From Lama glama (taxonomy: Eukaryota), in the NCBI GenBank assembly GCA_028534125.1, contig CM052829.1, forward strand, positions 3,782,001 through 3,846,000: 64,000 bases of DNA, written 5' to 3'. A program made the translations under genes and the position numbers. The notes under the pieces were generated by a model that was given only the letters and a program-made list of their open reading frames with translations, did no database searches and was not told the origin of the DNA. Shown piece by piece: positions 12,480-26,215 of the stretch (positions within the stretch are counted from its first letter, which is position 1; every line of letters starts with the position of its first letter).

Positions 12480-14830
12480 AATACAGTCTCATAATAAGAC
12501 AGAAAAGATTCATAATTAGAAAGGTGTCATTGACAATAGCTATAAAAAATTAAAGGTACCCTGAAATCATTTTTTTAATGCAAGTCTTTTTTAAGGAATT
12601 TTAATACTCAATTGAAATTCTTTTTAAAATGTCCAGTTAAGTAGAGAGACAAAGCTTATCATAAAAATTAATTTCTCTCCAACTTGATCCATTACTCCAA
12701 TACAAATTTCTGTAGATGATTTTATGTACTTTAATAAGCTGAACAAATGGTCAAAATTAGCAAGACATTTGTGAAGAAGAAAGAGAAAACTGTGAAGTAG
12801 AGCTTGCCAATATGGTGAGCGTGGAAGGTTACCTTTTTGTAGCTTTAGTTTACATTTCTCTGACTACTAAAAAGGCTGAACAAATATTCATATTTTTGCT
12901 CTATATTTGTTTTCCTCCTGTAAGATGCCTACAAGTTATTTGCTCTTATCTCAACTGGATGATTCGTTTTTTCTTTCTGATCTGTAGAAATCTCTTCTAA
13001 TATTCTGGATTTTAATTTCTTTCAGTTATAGTTAGATAAATGCTTTTTATTAGCTTGTGGCTTTTTCTCTAACTCTCCTCATGGCACCTTTTGGTACCCA
13101 GGTATCTGTAATACAGTGGAATTACCTAGCCTTTAACAGCTGGAACTTCCAAACCATATTAGCACATGGTCACAGAGATTTTCCTATGTTGTGTTTTACA
13201 TTTTGGAAAATCTTATCTTCTAAATTTTAAGCTGTTAATACATCTGAAATGGGTATTTGCTTGTGGTGTAAGGTAAGGGCATAATTTTATTTTCCCATGG
13301 ATAACTGATTTTTCAGCTTTGTTTATTGACTGCCTCCCCTTCCTGCCTGAAGTGCCGTGATACCCCTAACATGCAGCGCATCTCCACAGAAGCACGGATC
13401 TGCTTCTGAGCTGTCTGTGGTCTGTTTCTGCTTTGTGTCTCTACCTGCACAAATATCAGAAGGTATTAATTTGCATGTATTTTAAAAATGCGACTACTAG
13501 AAAAATTCAATTTCATATGTGGTTTGCATTATACTTCTCTTTTGCAGTGCTGATACAGACCGTCAAGGTAAACACTTCTTCGTTCCCAAACCTTAAACCA
13601 TTAACTCCTTCTCCTTGTGATTGTGCTGACTGGAAATTCATGAACTGTGTTGAATAGATGCAATAATAGCAGGTAATCATTTATATTCCTGATTATATGG
13701 AAATATATTTAATACTTCACCATTAAATAAGATGTAGTTGTAAGACAGTATTATGTACCTTTTATCAAGGATACATTTTTTCTTCTATTCCTAAATTATT
13801 GGGAGTTTTTGTTTGTTTTTATTTGTTTTGTGTTAAATCGTTGGTGGATATTTTAAAATATCTAATGCTTTTTCTGCACTTATGTAACATAGTTCATTAA
13901 TTTGTTTTCTAATGTTGAATCAACTGATTCTTCCTAAAATTGACTCAAGTTAGTCAAAATGCATTATCTTTTTAATGCATTATTAGATTTTATTTATTAA
14001 AATGTTTCTAAAATTTTGATATTCCTGCTCATAAGTGAGTTGAGACCAAAAGTTTAAATGATGTTGTTCCCTTGATGCTGCACAGCAAAACACACACAGA
14101 CAGGCACACACAGAGAGACGGCACTCCTATTATCTTACAACATGAATATTTGCTTGTATTTATTCTCATGTTTACCTTTTTCTTTGCTCAAAATTCTTTA
14201 TTATGCCTCAGGCCTTCCTTCTGGGATTTTCCTCTTCTTAAAGCATATACTTAAGAATTCTATCAAAGATGGACTGGTATAAATTTTTTAAGTTTTTGCT
14301 TGAAAATAACTTTTTTTGACTCTTGAAAGATAAATTTACTAAATTAAGAATTCTAAGTTGAGATAGATTTACTGTCATCACATGGAGGACCTGTACAACT
14401 GCCCTTTTTTGGACTTTGTTGCTACTGTTGGTACATCAGCAATCAGCTTTATGGACAGTTTTTGGCAGGTGATTTATTCTTTTCTCTGACTACTTTTAAG
14501 ATCCTCTGTTTGTCTTTGGTGTTCAGCTGTTTGATTATGATACATTTAGGTGCACATCTTGAGCTTTTGTCTTTTATTATATTAAAAAATTATCAGTTTG
14601 TGTCTCATTATTTTGATCAGCCCTTCTGTTATTTGTATTTTTTTTAGATCTTCAATAAGACGTATATTTAATCTTCTTCTATCATCCACGTCATTAAAAT
14701 CTTATTTTTATGTTTCATCTATCTTCCTCACAAGACTTATTCTGATTCAGTTTTTCAGTTTATTACACCAAGCCTTTCTTCTGCTTTGTCTAATATGCTA
14801 TTTAACCCACCCATTGAATTTCTAATTTAA
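12480..14830. mobile_element. Highly decayed L1ME-type fragments, mostly antisense
   Basis: T-rich; TACATTTCTCTGACTACTAA, GGTGTAAGGTAAGG, TCTTTGGTGTTCAGCTGTTT motifs. Confidence 0.6.
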
Positions 14831-16619
14831 AGTAGTGTGCATGCATATGTAATTTATTTTGAGAAGGTATATGTATTTCTCTACCAAATACACCTGCTCA
14901 GTTAGGATAGTCTTTTGCTGTTTACTCTGTTTTTATTTCCTTCTTTATCCTTTATAAATACATTTATTATATATTTCCTATTGCATAAGTCCAGCATCAA
15001 CAACAAGTCTTGTTTGGGGATTTGTGTCAGTTCAGATCTGTATTTGAAATTTGTTTTTTAAAATTTTATCTGGTATAGTTGGCTGTTATGAACCAGTAAG
15101 TTTTCTTCACCATATTCGTAGACATTAAATTTTCCTCAATTACTTTTAAAGAAATTTTATTTTAATAAGATACTGGCTTCATAACAGACACTTTGTAAAA
15201 TACTTAAACGTATAATCTGACCCATAAGAGACATATTTTATGTACTTGATTAATGTATTTTCTTAAAATAGTTACACATATTGCTCTCAGAAAATAGATG
15301 CCCTTGAATAACATGGGGAAGTGCTGACGATACAATGATGAACGGAAACAGCAAAGCTGCTTCTCAGTGTTCCCGAAGCACCAGAATGCCAAATGTGAAG
15401 TTCAGAAGACAACACCCTTTAGTTTTTGCTCACCACTTGTTTCAACCCTTTCTTTTTAGATTCAGCTATGATCCCGGTCAGCCAGGTCTATTACTAAAGA
15501 TACCGACTGAATAAATCCAGGATACAGCTGGGAATCTATCTTTAAAGGATACAAGTTCTCAAGGTCCCAGTGTGAGGCAACATTTGGACAATTCTGGAGA
15601 CACAGGTTAGACTCTTACAAGAGATCCCATGATTACATACAGAGATCACAGTGCTTTAATAAAACATGAAATACAGATCTGAGCTAGAGAAAAGCAGAAC
15701 TTAACGCACATTTAGTGGCATTTTAAAATACTAGGAAAATATGATTTTAATTCAAGTTATACATTGACTAGTCAAAACTTATATCCTGTCTTTGATCCAA
15801 TTGTCTGTAAAAAAAAATAGGGTATATTTGCATTTCAGAAAATGAAAACAGAGATAAGGAAGGATAGAAGCATAGCAGACGCACGTGCAGAAAGGAGGGG
15901 CTTACCCTCCAAAAGCCAGGTCAGGGGCACTCTGCTCTACAGACAAGCCCTTCATTTAAAAAGGGTCAGGCCTACATAATAAACATTTCCCAGAAGGCAA
16001 GGCATTTATTTTCCTCTTTAAATCAGTATTTCTTGACCAGAAGCCCTGGTCATTCTTGGAACTCCCATTTCAAGATGTAAATATTGTACCAATAATTTTA
16101 AACACCATGAGTTCTGTTAATAATTTTTTCAGTAATCATACAGAAAAAAATATATTCATACATTTTAGAGAAAATACAGTCTGTGTTGTGGTTTTGCTAA
16201 GCCAAACAAATAGATGTAAACAGAATATAAATTAAGTATGACTTTCACTCTGAGTTTTAATCCCAGAGATTTTTCTAAGAATAAGAGTATTTTAACATTG
16301 CTGTTTTTCTATTTAAATTTTTTTATTCTGTGCAAGTTTTAATATAACTTCTCGATGCTGAGACAACAAATATTTTCTAGTAGCTAATAGGTAGTTGCAA
16401 TCTTATCCACTAAGAAATTCTAAAACATTAACAGTGACAACACAGGATCCACTGGCTTTGTGAGACAGTACTTTGACTTTTCATAGCCCCCACAAATCCA
16501 GTGAAACAGAAAAAGGTGTCACATTTTGTTCCAGAATACATTTAATTAAATTCATGTCCTTTAGAAATCTGTTTCTTAAAATGGCATCAATTATGGAGAC
16601 ATATATGGGAGGAACATAC

Positions 16620-16722
16620 GTTTTTTCTATTTGTACAACTTCTGGGTGGCGGAGCAGAGAACACTGAAGGCAGAACGGAAGCTGTATTTTCCACTGACTG
16701 TCCCGCTTAGGGTTGGGAAATA
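16620..16722 (-). pseudogene. Putative fossil exon
   Basis: Acceptor CTTTCTGTTAG and donor AC|GTATGT. Confidence 0.35.
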
Positions 16723-16904
16723 CTAACAGAAAGTCTTGATAGTAGATGATGGTCTTAGTAAAAGAAGGGGAACAAGACTTTGCAGTTTATTTTTCACTCC
16801 TCCTGAAGTTTTCTTTATAAAATAAAATATTAAAAAGTAACTACTTGAGGAGATAAATAAATCACACATATCTACACATCAAAATCAATAAACTTAGTGC
16901 TTAT

Positions 16905-17135
16905 GTAATAAGCCTGCACGTGAGCATGAGAGTTTTTTTAATCCCCATGAAGTTTAAAGTTTATGGACTGAGCTACAGCAGCTCCTATTGAGAGCTCACT
17001 GGTAACATCACACAGGAAACACAAGTAAATGTCTTCTGAGTAAGGCAAGGAGGGGGCATTTTCCAAGGCAGAAAGGAATCAACAACTCTTTTCAGTTTAG
17101 CAAAGAAGAGGCTTCTACAGCCGCTCTCCTGCCCT
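16905..17135 (-). pseudogene. Putative fossil exon with the best RGS22-like motif
   Basis: Acceptor TGCTTTTCTCAG; reads GQESGCRSLFFAKLKRVVDSFLPWKMPPPCLTQK, resembling the remembered RGS22 segment KKITTIINCFINSSIPPALQ. Confidence 0.45.
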
Positions 17136-18169
17136 CTGAGAAAAGCACTGACAGACATTTGAGAGAAGCACATTTTTAAAGGGCATTACCAGGATCCAGT
17201 CACGTTAAGAGATCTTCATTTCTAACTTTTTAGCATTATGGACACAGAACTGGGCAAAAGAATGAGCAAATAACATACCTCAAACATTTTAAATAAAGTT
17301 TGTGTTTATAATTTTATAACTTATGTTTAAATAAGACATACTAATTGGAAGAGAAATTGGAATATACAGAAAAGTGAAATATGAAAAAATCAGAATTGTT
17401 TCTCACACTACCTCTTGGACAGAACCACTGTTGATATTTTGATGTGTCTTATTCCAGACTTTTATGTTTATCTATCAAGATATTTAAATATCTGCAAATA
17501 TCTCAGGCTCTACCTATTCACAGAATGAGAACACATTAGATACTCTGTTTTATAAACCTTTTTTTTTTAACTGGAAAATATGTAACACACAGACACTGTT
17601 TCCTGGGAAATAAATGCATAATTTTGCTATCACTTTAAACCATTATACATTGTTCCATTTTATCATGTCAATATATATTCTATAGAGATGAATATAGATA
17701 GACATAGAGGTAGATATTTAGATATAGTAGAGAGATAATGTAGAAAGAGATCAGAGAGATTTAGAAAGATTTTTAATAGTATTTATATTTTCATAGGCAC
17801 AGATTTCAAGTTTGGAGAGTTCATATGAAAATGTGTTTAAGGTCAGGTAATAGACCAGTAGAAGAAGTAGTTTAAGTAAAAATGAACTATCTGAGATTGT
17901 ATAAAATTAGACTATTATTAAAACGTCATCTCAGTATAAATATTTTAATTTATACAGCAAGGCTTTTACATTGATGTTAAAATAACAAAGAGCCAGAAGA
18001 GAAAAGCAATTTGGCTTTCTAAAATAATTATTTTTCCTTTGTGGAATTCGAAATTTTATATGTGGAGATTTCCATATAATATATCTCTATCTATCTATTG
18101 TTAATAATCTACAAATAGCAAATATAAAATCACCAGATGAATAAAACAGTAGTTAGCAAGCATTTGTTC

Positions 18170-18546
18170 TACACATAGAAACAGTTTGAACACTAGGAGC
18201 TTTCAAATCCAAAATTGATAGGCAGCTCATGATACAAAGGGTATGACATTACAAGGTGGCTTATAAAGTGAAAAAGGACTGAGTTGCTCAACATTCACCA
18301 TGATTGGCTGTTACAATGGGGGTTTCCAGACGGCAAGAGACTGTTTAAAATTGATTATCTTTCTCCATTTGAGGAAGATGAATTAAGTTTCTTTTATGAT
18401 TATGAGAGGCATTTACAAGAAGTAACCTAAGTTAAATTTTGTTTATGTTCGTGAAATGAGTAGATTTAGTTTTGCTTATATGGTTTAAATGGTTTTGTCT
18501 TCTTGGAGGATTTTCAAGCCTGGTCTCCATTTTGTTTTATTTTACC
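18170..18546 (-). mobile_element. ERV1-class solo LTR fragment (MER4-group-like)
   Basis: Reverse strand begins GTAAAATAAAACAAAATGGAGACCAGGC, with AGCCAATCA and TTATAA promoter motifs. Confidence 0.55.
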
Positions 18547-19023
18547 TCTATTCACCCACCCACATATGCTCGAAGCCTTTGGGGACATTTAATTTGCTTC
18601 ATTGTTTTCACCTGAGTCTTGCCATGCGTGGCTTCGACTTCCTCGCAGCATGGCTGCCAGATTCCAGGGGCCGACACCTTCAGAGAGTATGGCGGATGGC
18701 ACATTTCTGGCTTAGTCTCAGAAGTCACTTAGTGTCAGTCCTGACGTCCTCTACAGGTCAAAGCCATCATGAGGCCCAACCCAGTTTCAAGGGAAGGAAA
18801 TACATTTCACCACTTGTCTGGGAAATGCAAGATTCAGAAACACGTGCAGTGTATTTTTACAGTGATCTTTGGAAAATACACACGTTCTCTCAATAAACAG
18901 AGATTTAATGAAGGGCTGTCTTTTCCATACTGGAAAATAGAGGAACACCTTCAAAGTTTGTCTGATGCATGAATGAGGCCAGAAACAAGATGTCAATTAT
19001 TTCCTAAATGTATTTTTCATTAC

Positions 19024-19344
19024 CTCTTTTTGTTGAGACAAAGTATTTTCATTGTGAAAGAATAAAATCATTACTTGAAGATTAGATGCAGATTTTAAAG
19101 GTGATCTGGGTTTTAACAACGTTGGTATCTATTAGCTATGTATAGAGTTTTAGAGATCCAAAAGTGTGGGGTGTTGTTTGTAAACCTTCTGCTCAGGGCC
19201 TAGCTTAGTGGCATACACTGATAGACACCAGACACACTCTTTAAGTGTGGAACAGCCCTGTGATTCACCGAGTGTTGTGTTACAAAGCACATGCAACAAT
19301 GCCATGAACTTTGAGTGTATGCCTGCAACCCACAAGTTAATTAT
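19024..19344 (-). pseudogene. Putative fossil exon, 321 nt, phase 0-0
   Basis: Acceptor TTATTTTCCATGTAG and donor GAG|GTAATG; reads IINLWVAGIHSKFMALLHVLCNTTLGESQGCSTLKECVW... with three stops clustered mid-exon. Confidence 0.45.
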
Positions 19345-19500
19345 CTACATGGAAAATAACACTGAATTCTTAGTCAATGAGGGGTTTGTAGGTGAGCTGT
19401 TCATAATCTTGGCTTCCAGACAAAAGCATTGGGATGTAAGTGCCAGAATTTCTAACCAATCATAATGCATGTTTTTTATATTGTGGAAGAGCCTCCGTAC

Positions 19501-19800
19501 TTATGTGCTGTCCCAGTTTCAATAAGCACCAAGCCTCGGGAAGAACCTTCTACTCCTGACCCCCTTCACACAAGCCATTGTTGGTTGAAGCACCTGCCAC
19601 TCATTTGACAGATACTGAATAGTGACGTTTTTCAGCAGCCCGCATAGAGCTGCTTGCTGGTGTCTGTTAGCTTCCAAATAGTCTTTAAAGACGTGGAACT
19701 TTTCAGTAGCTTTGCTCTATGCGTCTCCCAGTTGAGCTGGTAAAGACCACTTGTCTGAAGTGAGTTTCTATCTTCACAATGACACATTTTAATCTCTCTT
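19501..19800 (-). pseudogene. Putative fossil exon
   Basis: Acceptor ATATTTCAG; frameshifted fragments LYQLNWETHRAKLL / EKFHVFKDYLEANRH; donor decayed. Confidence 0.35.
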
Positions 19801-19987
19801 CTGAAATATCTAACATTCCCACCCTAGACTAGGACTTCACACTTCATTTTCTACTGTGTCTTTGTCAGGAGAGTGGAGTCATTTTTCTTAAACTGCCACT
19901 AATGCTAACAATAGACTGTTCTTTGTCATTTATTTTTTTAAGAGGCATAGTTATTGAGTGTTGCCTTGCTTCTTAAAGAATTCTTAC

Positions 19988-20344
19988 CTTGTCCTAATTT
20001 TTATGTGTCTCATGAGAACTGCTGTTCTCTGAATGGTATGCATTCCTCACTGAAATCTGGTAGCTACCAGTTTCCCTTCTTTCTTCATTTCATTTATCTT
20101 CATTTTAAGATTGCGGGTTGTGCCACACACTGAACAGAATCAAAGAAGCCGAATCTTCCCCTAATGAAATGCCTTATGGTCTAGAGAGCCTTTTGACACG
20201 TGTTTGTTTCATTTTTTCCCTCTTATTGATCTTGAGCATTCTGATGCTTTTCTCTTGGACCGAATGACACCCATCTCATGGAATAGCCTGCTTTCCAAAT
20301 ACACATGTGAAACATTCTAGAGTCTGACGTTCTCTTTTGTGTTT
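19988..20344 (-). pseudogene. Putative fossil exon
   Basis: Acceptor TTTATGTATTTTCAG and donor AAG|GTAAGA; purine-rich, coding-like composition with stops. Confidence 0.45.
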
Positions 20345-20929
20345 CTGAAAATACATAAAGACTCTGTTCTAATTCTGGAAACACTATCTGTGCAATCATA
20401 TCACTAGAAGACAACATAATGAGATTCCTTGAAAACAGAGACTTCCGTATAATGGAGATGTAACTCAGGAATACAGGAGCGGATGCAGTCAGTCAACGTG
20501 TGGTAATAAATGTAGTGAATGTGAAAGTGCCTTACACACTGTGGGGTGCCACATAAATATCAGATTGCATGATGACGATAAAAATTAATTGTTTCAGTGA
20601 AGAAGCTCGCTCTCAAAGGACACATTTACCACAAGGGGATATAGGCATGCTAAGAGTTCTAACGACACACATCCTGTTTTCTCATTATTTTTCTGTAAGA
20701 ATGAAGCCACCGTTTGCCCATAAAGGGTGCTTTGAATCAGTGGGATGTAACAGGGGCAATCGCAAAGCAATTTATAATTCCTCTCACCAATCCTTTAAAC
20801 CGTTTTGATGGAATCGTCTTAAGTAGGTCCACTTGCAATTTTGGTCAGTACTAGATAACGGACAGTGTTCAGAACTGAAGGCACACAAGCTGCGTGAGGC
20901 CTCTGGTTATTCTGCAATAATGAACGCTC

Positions 20930-21350
20930 CGAATTCCCACACTCACCCCGGCGTCCTTCCTTCCCGTCAGGCTGGACGCCGGCTGGAGCCCTGCAGAGGT
21001 TTGCGTGAAATGCCCACTTCTCCCTCGTCCAAGCCTCGGCAGTTCCCGCCGCCCGCCCGCCCGGCAGTGTTTGGGTCTTTCAGGACTGGGGCGGAAAGAA
21101 CATGTAACGTACAGAACAACGTACCTGGCTTTCATGTTGCGATGACTGTAAGTAAACACCTGAAGTTGACGCCTCAGGTATTTCCTACTGGAAATAGGCA
21201 ACCGCGCTCCCTGTGGGGCCACGGCTGCATCTCCTGCAACTGCCCCTCCTGAAGTCCCTTGATGTCTGCCGTTCTCCTAGGCTCTACAGTTAGTGGGCAG
21301 ACAAGGTCGGCCCTTGGACCCACCGCTGTAGAAGTGCACATCACCCCCGC
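20930..21350. promoter_or_regulatory. Small CpG island, promoter-like
   Basis: CpG-enriched; Sp1 boxes CCCGCCGCCCGCCCGCCC and GGGGCGG; RFX-like half sites GTTGC and GGCAAC. Confidence 0.55.
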
Positions 21351-21599
21351 TTCTGCCACCTCTCCTCTGCCGTTACAAGATTGCTAGCTGGTCAGTGTCC
21401 CAAGCATAATTCAGATATCACTTCACTGTGTCCACAAACTCTAGGAAATCCAGACTGACCCCAGACTGGCCCTTACCAGGCTAGGGTGGTTAAGGAAAGG
21501 GAAAACCACTGCCTTCCCCTGTAAGAAAGAGAGGGATCATGCCACATGACTCAAGTAACTCCAACAAAAGGAATTCTTTTACCAGATTACACAGAAGTC

Positions 21600-23580
21600 C
21601 TACTCTCTTCAACATGTCAGTAACATAAAAAAGGGATGGAACTATTGACGCAGATTTAACACCTGGATGAAATGTGGGCTCTAGTTTGACAGTGTTTGGA
21701 TAAACCAGAAATAAAAGACATTTTTGAGGTAAATGAAGATATTTGAATATTCTGTAGGCTTTAAATGAAATGAAAATTTATTGAAATGGAAAGCTGCAGA
21801 GTGACTGAAAAGAGGTACAAAATAAAACATGCAATTACGCTCTCATGTAAATTAAAAATTGCATACATACAGGGCATGAGGTATGTATAATATACATTAA
21901 GGCATAGGCAGTGCTCATCTTTGCATGGTGGAAATGTAATATTTATTTCGCTATTTTTGCTTGTTTTATTTTCTAATTTTCAATAGTGTATTTGAACAAC
22001 TTCTGTAATAAAACAATATATGAAAGAAGGAAAGAAGAAAAGAAATTCTGTATAAGAAGAGTTTTCTTTCCTGGTATCTGAACTTTGTAATTATTTATTT
22101 GTAGTAAGTTAAAGTCAAAAGTTTATAAAAAGAAAAGACTGATCAGGCCTCTTTCCCGAGGTCGCCATTAAATGACCTAATTCCTTGTATTCAGTTGTGC
22201 CGCAATGGAGTCGTACCCGATGCTCGTTTGTTTCCTTTGTTCGCTGAAACTAAGGCAACGTATTTCCATTTTAGCATCCTGTTATGTACACTGTTTGTTC
22301 ACTCGGCAATAAAAAGGCCTGGGCCACTGAGAGAACTCCTCAGGAGTATAGGGACAAGCTCAGGGAGTCTAATCTCTGTGCTGCTGGCTGTTGCCAAAGC
22401 ACCACTGCCTGGACACAGCCGGAGAACATTACCGTCCAGTGATGTCCAGTGGGCAGTGAGGCTGTGTCCACTGGCAACATGAAACAGATGGGTATCCACC
22501 ACTTCATTTTTTTTGAAAAAAGAAAAGACAAAGTCTTCAGTATCTTCCCACAAAAACAAGGATAAAACCCATGTTTTTTTACCATGGCCCACAAAGCTCT
22601 GTCTTCCCTCTGCCTGCTATGACCTCCCAGAACTTCGGAGGCTGAATCCTCTACACAATTCACATTTCACTTCCATGTCATGTCCTTAAGGAGGACTTTA
22701 TGCAAGCTCTATTGCTCACACACCATCCTGTCTATCACACTAGTCTTCTCATATCACATCAGAACCTAAAATCACATTATTAGTAAACTGTTAACTATAT
22801 GCTTATTATTACTTTAATTGTTTTTGTCACCTCTCATGCTTTCTGAGGACAGAGACGAGGGCTCTCTCCTGCTCTGTGATGAATTCCTCATATGTCTACA
22901 GTAATTGACATACACTAGTTGCTTGATAAATATTTGTTGAATGAGTGAATCAATGCCATAAATACAGGGGTTCCAGTAAATGTGCTGCATGTAGTAAAAC
23001 CATAGGTAGGTATTGAGTTCAGTCAAGAGATGAAGGAAAAGATAATTTGTTATGAAACAGCTGCCAGCAGGCATTTGAAAATTTATCCAAATATGAAAAT
23101 GAAGCATATGAAAAAATAATAAAATGGCAACTTTTCCCCTAGTGTGTTAAAAAAGAGTCAAGACTTGACAAACTGGTATTGTGAAGGGTTTAATGGAAAT
23201 GAGCATGCTCACGGTGTAGTGAAGGGGGTGTAAACTGGGATCATTCCTCTGCTGAGAAACTTTGAAAAATGTACCAAGATATCAAATGCTCATCAGTCGT
23301 TATTCTGGGGTATCTTACGAAAAAAATGTCAAAGACGGGACGTAGACACAGGATACCCATGACTACTTTCATAATAGTGAGAAGTTACACCTAGCTTTTC
23401 CATCAACAGGGAACTGGCTTAAGTGAAGCAAGTACAGATATTAAATGGAATAATATGCAACCACTGAGATGCTAAAGCCGAAGAAATAACTATGGTTATT
23501 TCAGGTGGTGGGATGTGAATTGATTCTTTACTTTCTCCTCTGTATACTCTCAAATAGTGAATATTTTATATTTAATATTC
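21600..23580 (+). mobile_element. L1 3' fragments (~21600-22010 and ~23060-23580) flanking an L2 3' end (~22600-22950); the unique segment at ~22150-22550 is excluded
   Basis: L2 tail ATAAATATTTGTTGAATGAGTGAAT; L1 motifs ATAAAAGACATTTTTGAG and AATGGAATAATATGCAACCA. Confidence 0.6.
22217..22470 (-). pseudogene. Putative fossil exon
   Basis: Acceptor TGTTTCATGTTGCCAG; reads ...RLDSLSLSLYS*GVLSVAQAFLLPSEQ; weak donor. Confidence 0.3.
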
Positions 23581-23799
23581 TTATTTTAAAATAGAATAAA
23601 GCCTTAATAAAAGTCACACTTCTGTACTTTTCAAAGACTGTGGTGTATTGTACTAAGTGTAGTATTTCAACAGTCCAATATAGTGTTCACTCGTGTATAA
23701 AATGACGAAGAGCCTCACTTCACCATCCCCTCAAGTGTGGCTGTATCTTTAACCTTGAATTAATTGAATTTTAGAACTTAATCTGTGTATATTCCGTGA

Positions 23800-24097
23800 G
23801 GCTAATATGAACTTCATGTCTTCTGTTCAGAGTAGCAGTTTCTTTCGCTGTGCTTTTGGCAGTCTAGCGATAATTACAGACATCTCCTGTAGAAACCTCT
23901 GAACTCCTGCCTGGATTTATAATACTATTCATGTTGCTCCAGAATTCTTTTGAATAGCTTTGTGCCATGATTAACTGGAATAAAGGATGAGTCGCTGTGT
24001 AACACACACTGCAAGAACGAGGCGATATCTTTTCAGGAAGAAGCAGACTCCGTTGCATTATGATTTGGGGATAGCTGTTTGGCCTCTAGCCTCATAT
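23800..24097 (-). pseudogene. Putative fossil exon with an RGS-like start motif
   Basis: Acceptor TTCTTGTTTTGAAATCAG; internal frame KDIASFLQCVLHSDSSFIPVNHGTKLFKRILEQHE* (~24032-23928); 3' boundary uncertain. Confidence 0.4.
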
Positions 24098-24766
24098 CTG
24101 ATTTCAAAACAAGAATATTTAACTTACGTCAAAAATCTAAGGCTTCTTTGCTCACAGTTTTTTTTTTTTCCTTGTGAATGACTTAAAAACTGACATAGCT
24201 GAATGAACCTCGACATAGGAAGTATTGACCCTGATATTTTAAAAAAAAACCCCATGTTTAACAGTAGATTTACAACCAGCATGACTTAGAATTTTTTAAA
24301 AATTATAAAGTAAGCAAATTCAGTATGAGTCACTGAGAAAATTTATTCTTTAGTTTCCTTACCTGGAAAAAATTTGTTAGCACTTTTTGTGCAATTCCCA
24401 AGGCACTAGGTAGATATTTTGTCTTAGTGTGATATGCCAAGATGGATTTTCCATACAAAGTTTGTAGTTTTAATACAGCCTTCTCTTTGAGTACTAGATT
24501 GTTTTATTGATATAGCTGGATTTTTGCTTTTTTCTTTCTAGTGGCAGTGGGTGTGTCATTGTGTATGTTCACAGTGTATTTTAACTCTATTGGGTGTAAC
24601 CTAGATTCACAAAAAGCCACCTAGTCCTTACATCCTCTCAACACACCAAAAGGGAAGAAAACACAAAACTTAAACACCATAGTGAGAACCAGCCAGAAAA
24701 AGATGTTAATTATCTTCCATGTTCATCCAACTAACTAAAACAGAGTAATTTTAATAAATGTTCTAC

Positions 24767-24922
24767 TCAGAAGGTCCACTGATATTTCTCTCATTCTCTC
24801 TTTGTTTCAAAATTGAATCACTGTTTCCTTTCAACCGTTTTACTGGCTTAAGTAACATTTCTTGAGAAAAACCTTCGCATGGCCTCGATGCTTCTTCAAC
24901 TACACCATATAGTATCATTGAT
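24767..24922 (-). pseudogene. Putative fossil exon, 156 nt, open
   Basis: Acceptor TTTCTCATTCTCTTTGACGTTCCCAAG; reads SMILYGVVEEASRPCEGFSQEMLLKPVKRLKGNSDSILKQRENERNISGPS without a stop in AT-rich DNA; weak donor. Confidence 0.45.
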
Positions 24923-26038
24923 CTTGGGAACGTCAAAGAGAATGAGAAACGCTTTTATTCTCTCACTGTTCTCAGTTAGATAATTAACATACTCTTAGAA
25001 ATGAAGTATTCTGGAATTTTCTGACTTTATTCTGTTTGATCTCTCTCCAAAATGGCTATTAGTCTGGGTTCTTTAACACACACACACTGACTCCTCAAGT
25101 TTTCTCTTTTATTTAACCTACTTTATCTCCTTACTTGCCTTCTTCTTGCTCACCAGCCAAAGACATGCATCTCTCAAGGATGAATCTGAGTAATTTGTTA
25201 CCAGTTCTGGTATAATCATCCCTTTCCCACTCACTTAAACTGAAACTACTGTCTACTCCCACGGACTGGGGCCAATTATTTCTCCATTGTATCTTTCATG
25301 CATTTTATTTCTTTTTCATTTCTATAGCCAATAGCTATACATTTATAGTCTTGTGTAGAGTTCTGGTCATAGAAAGTTGAATATGACATGTTTTTTTCCA
25401 TCAAACACTCACAGTATGTTACATAAATCTCAAAACTCCTACTGGTCTCTTCTCTTTCCTAGACACTTTACAGTCATCTACTAAGATAGTTCTACAACTA
25501 TAAAAAAGAAAAACTCTCAATGAATACTTACAGTTTACTGAAAAATAAAATTAAGTTCCCTAGTGTACTCTAGTACCTAATGTCTTTCATTAATAGACTT
25601 CCAAATTTAGATAACATTTTGAATAGAGATTCTGTACTTCAAGCATGACATTCTCTAGAAGATCCAGCAGACTACATTGAAATACCTTATCTCCATGATA
25701 GACAGATAGAAGGATACATACATACATACATACATACCTTTCTGGACAATAGCCAATTTGCCTTCTGTCACATTTAACTTTTGTTGAGAACTAATTCAAG
25801 ATTTGCTTTTATTTATAAATAGACTTTATTTCCACTAAATATATTGTTGGAAATTTGTCATGCACAAGATACTGACAAAACCATTACTGTATGCAATAGA
25901 GTTGGGGTACTAATAAATATTCCTATTAAAATATAAGTATGAAAATACATCATGTGTTTTTACCAAGGCTTGGTAAAGAGAAGTGATTGCCAACCTTTTG
26001 ACATTATGATATATGTAGAAAAAATGTTTATAGGATAC

Positions 26039-26215
26039 CTTTGTGTAAACAGAGAACTTTGCACATCAAGGTGACCAGCCTGGAGGCTCCAGCAATCGAC
26101 TTCACAGTTGGACATCCAAAGCGTTGAAGGAATCAATACTCATGGCACACTCTACTCCCAGGACTGGTTGGAAAGCTGTGGTGCAGGAGATCCCAAGAGA
26201 ATCAGTTTCTTTCAT
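26039..26215 (-). pseudogene. Putative fossil exon, 177 nt, two in-frame stops
   Basis: AG|ATGAAAGAA...ACAAAG|GTATCC; reads MKETDSLGISCTTAFQPVLGVECAMSIDSFNALDVQL*SRLLEPPGWSP*CAKFSVYTK. Confidence 0.4.
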
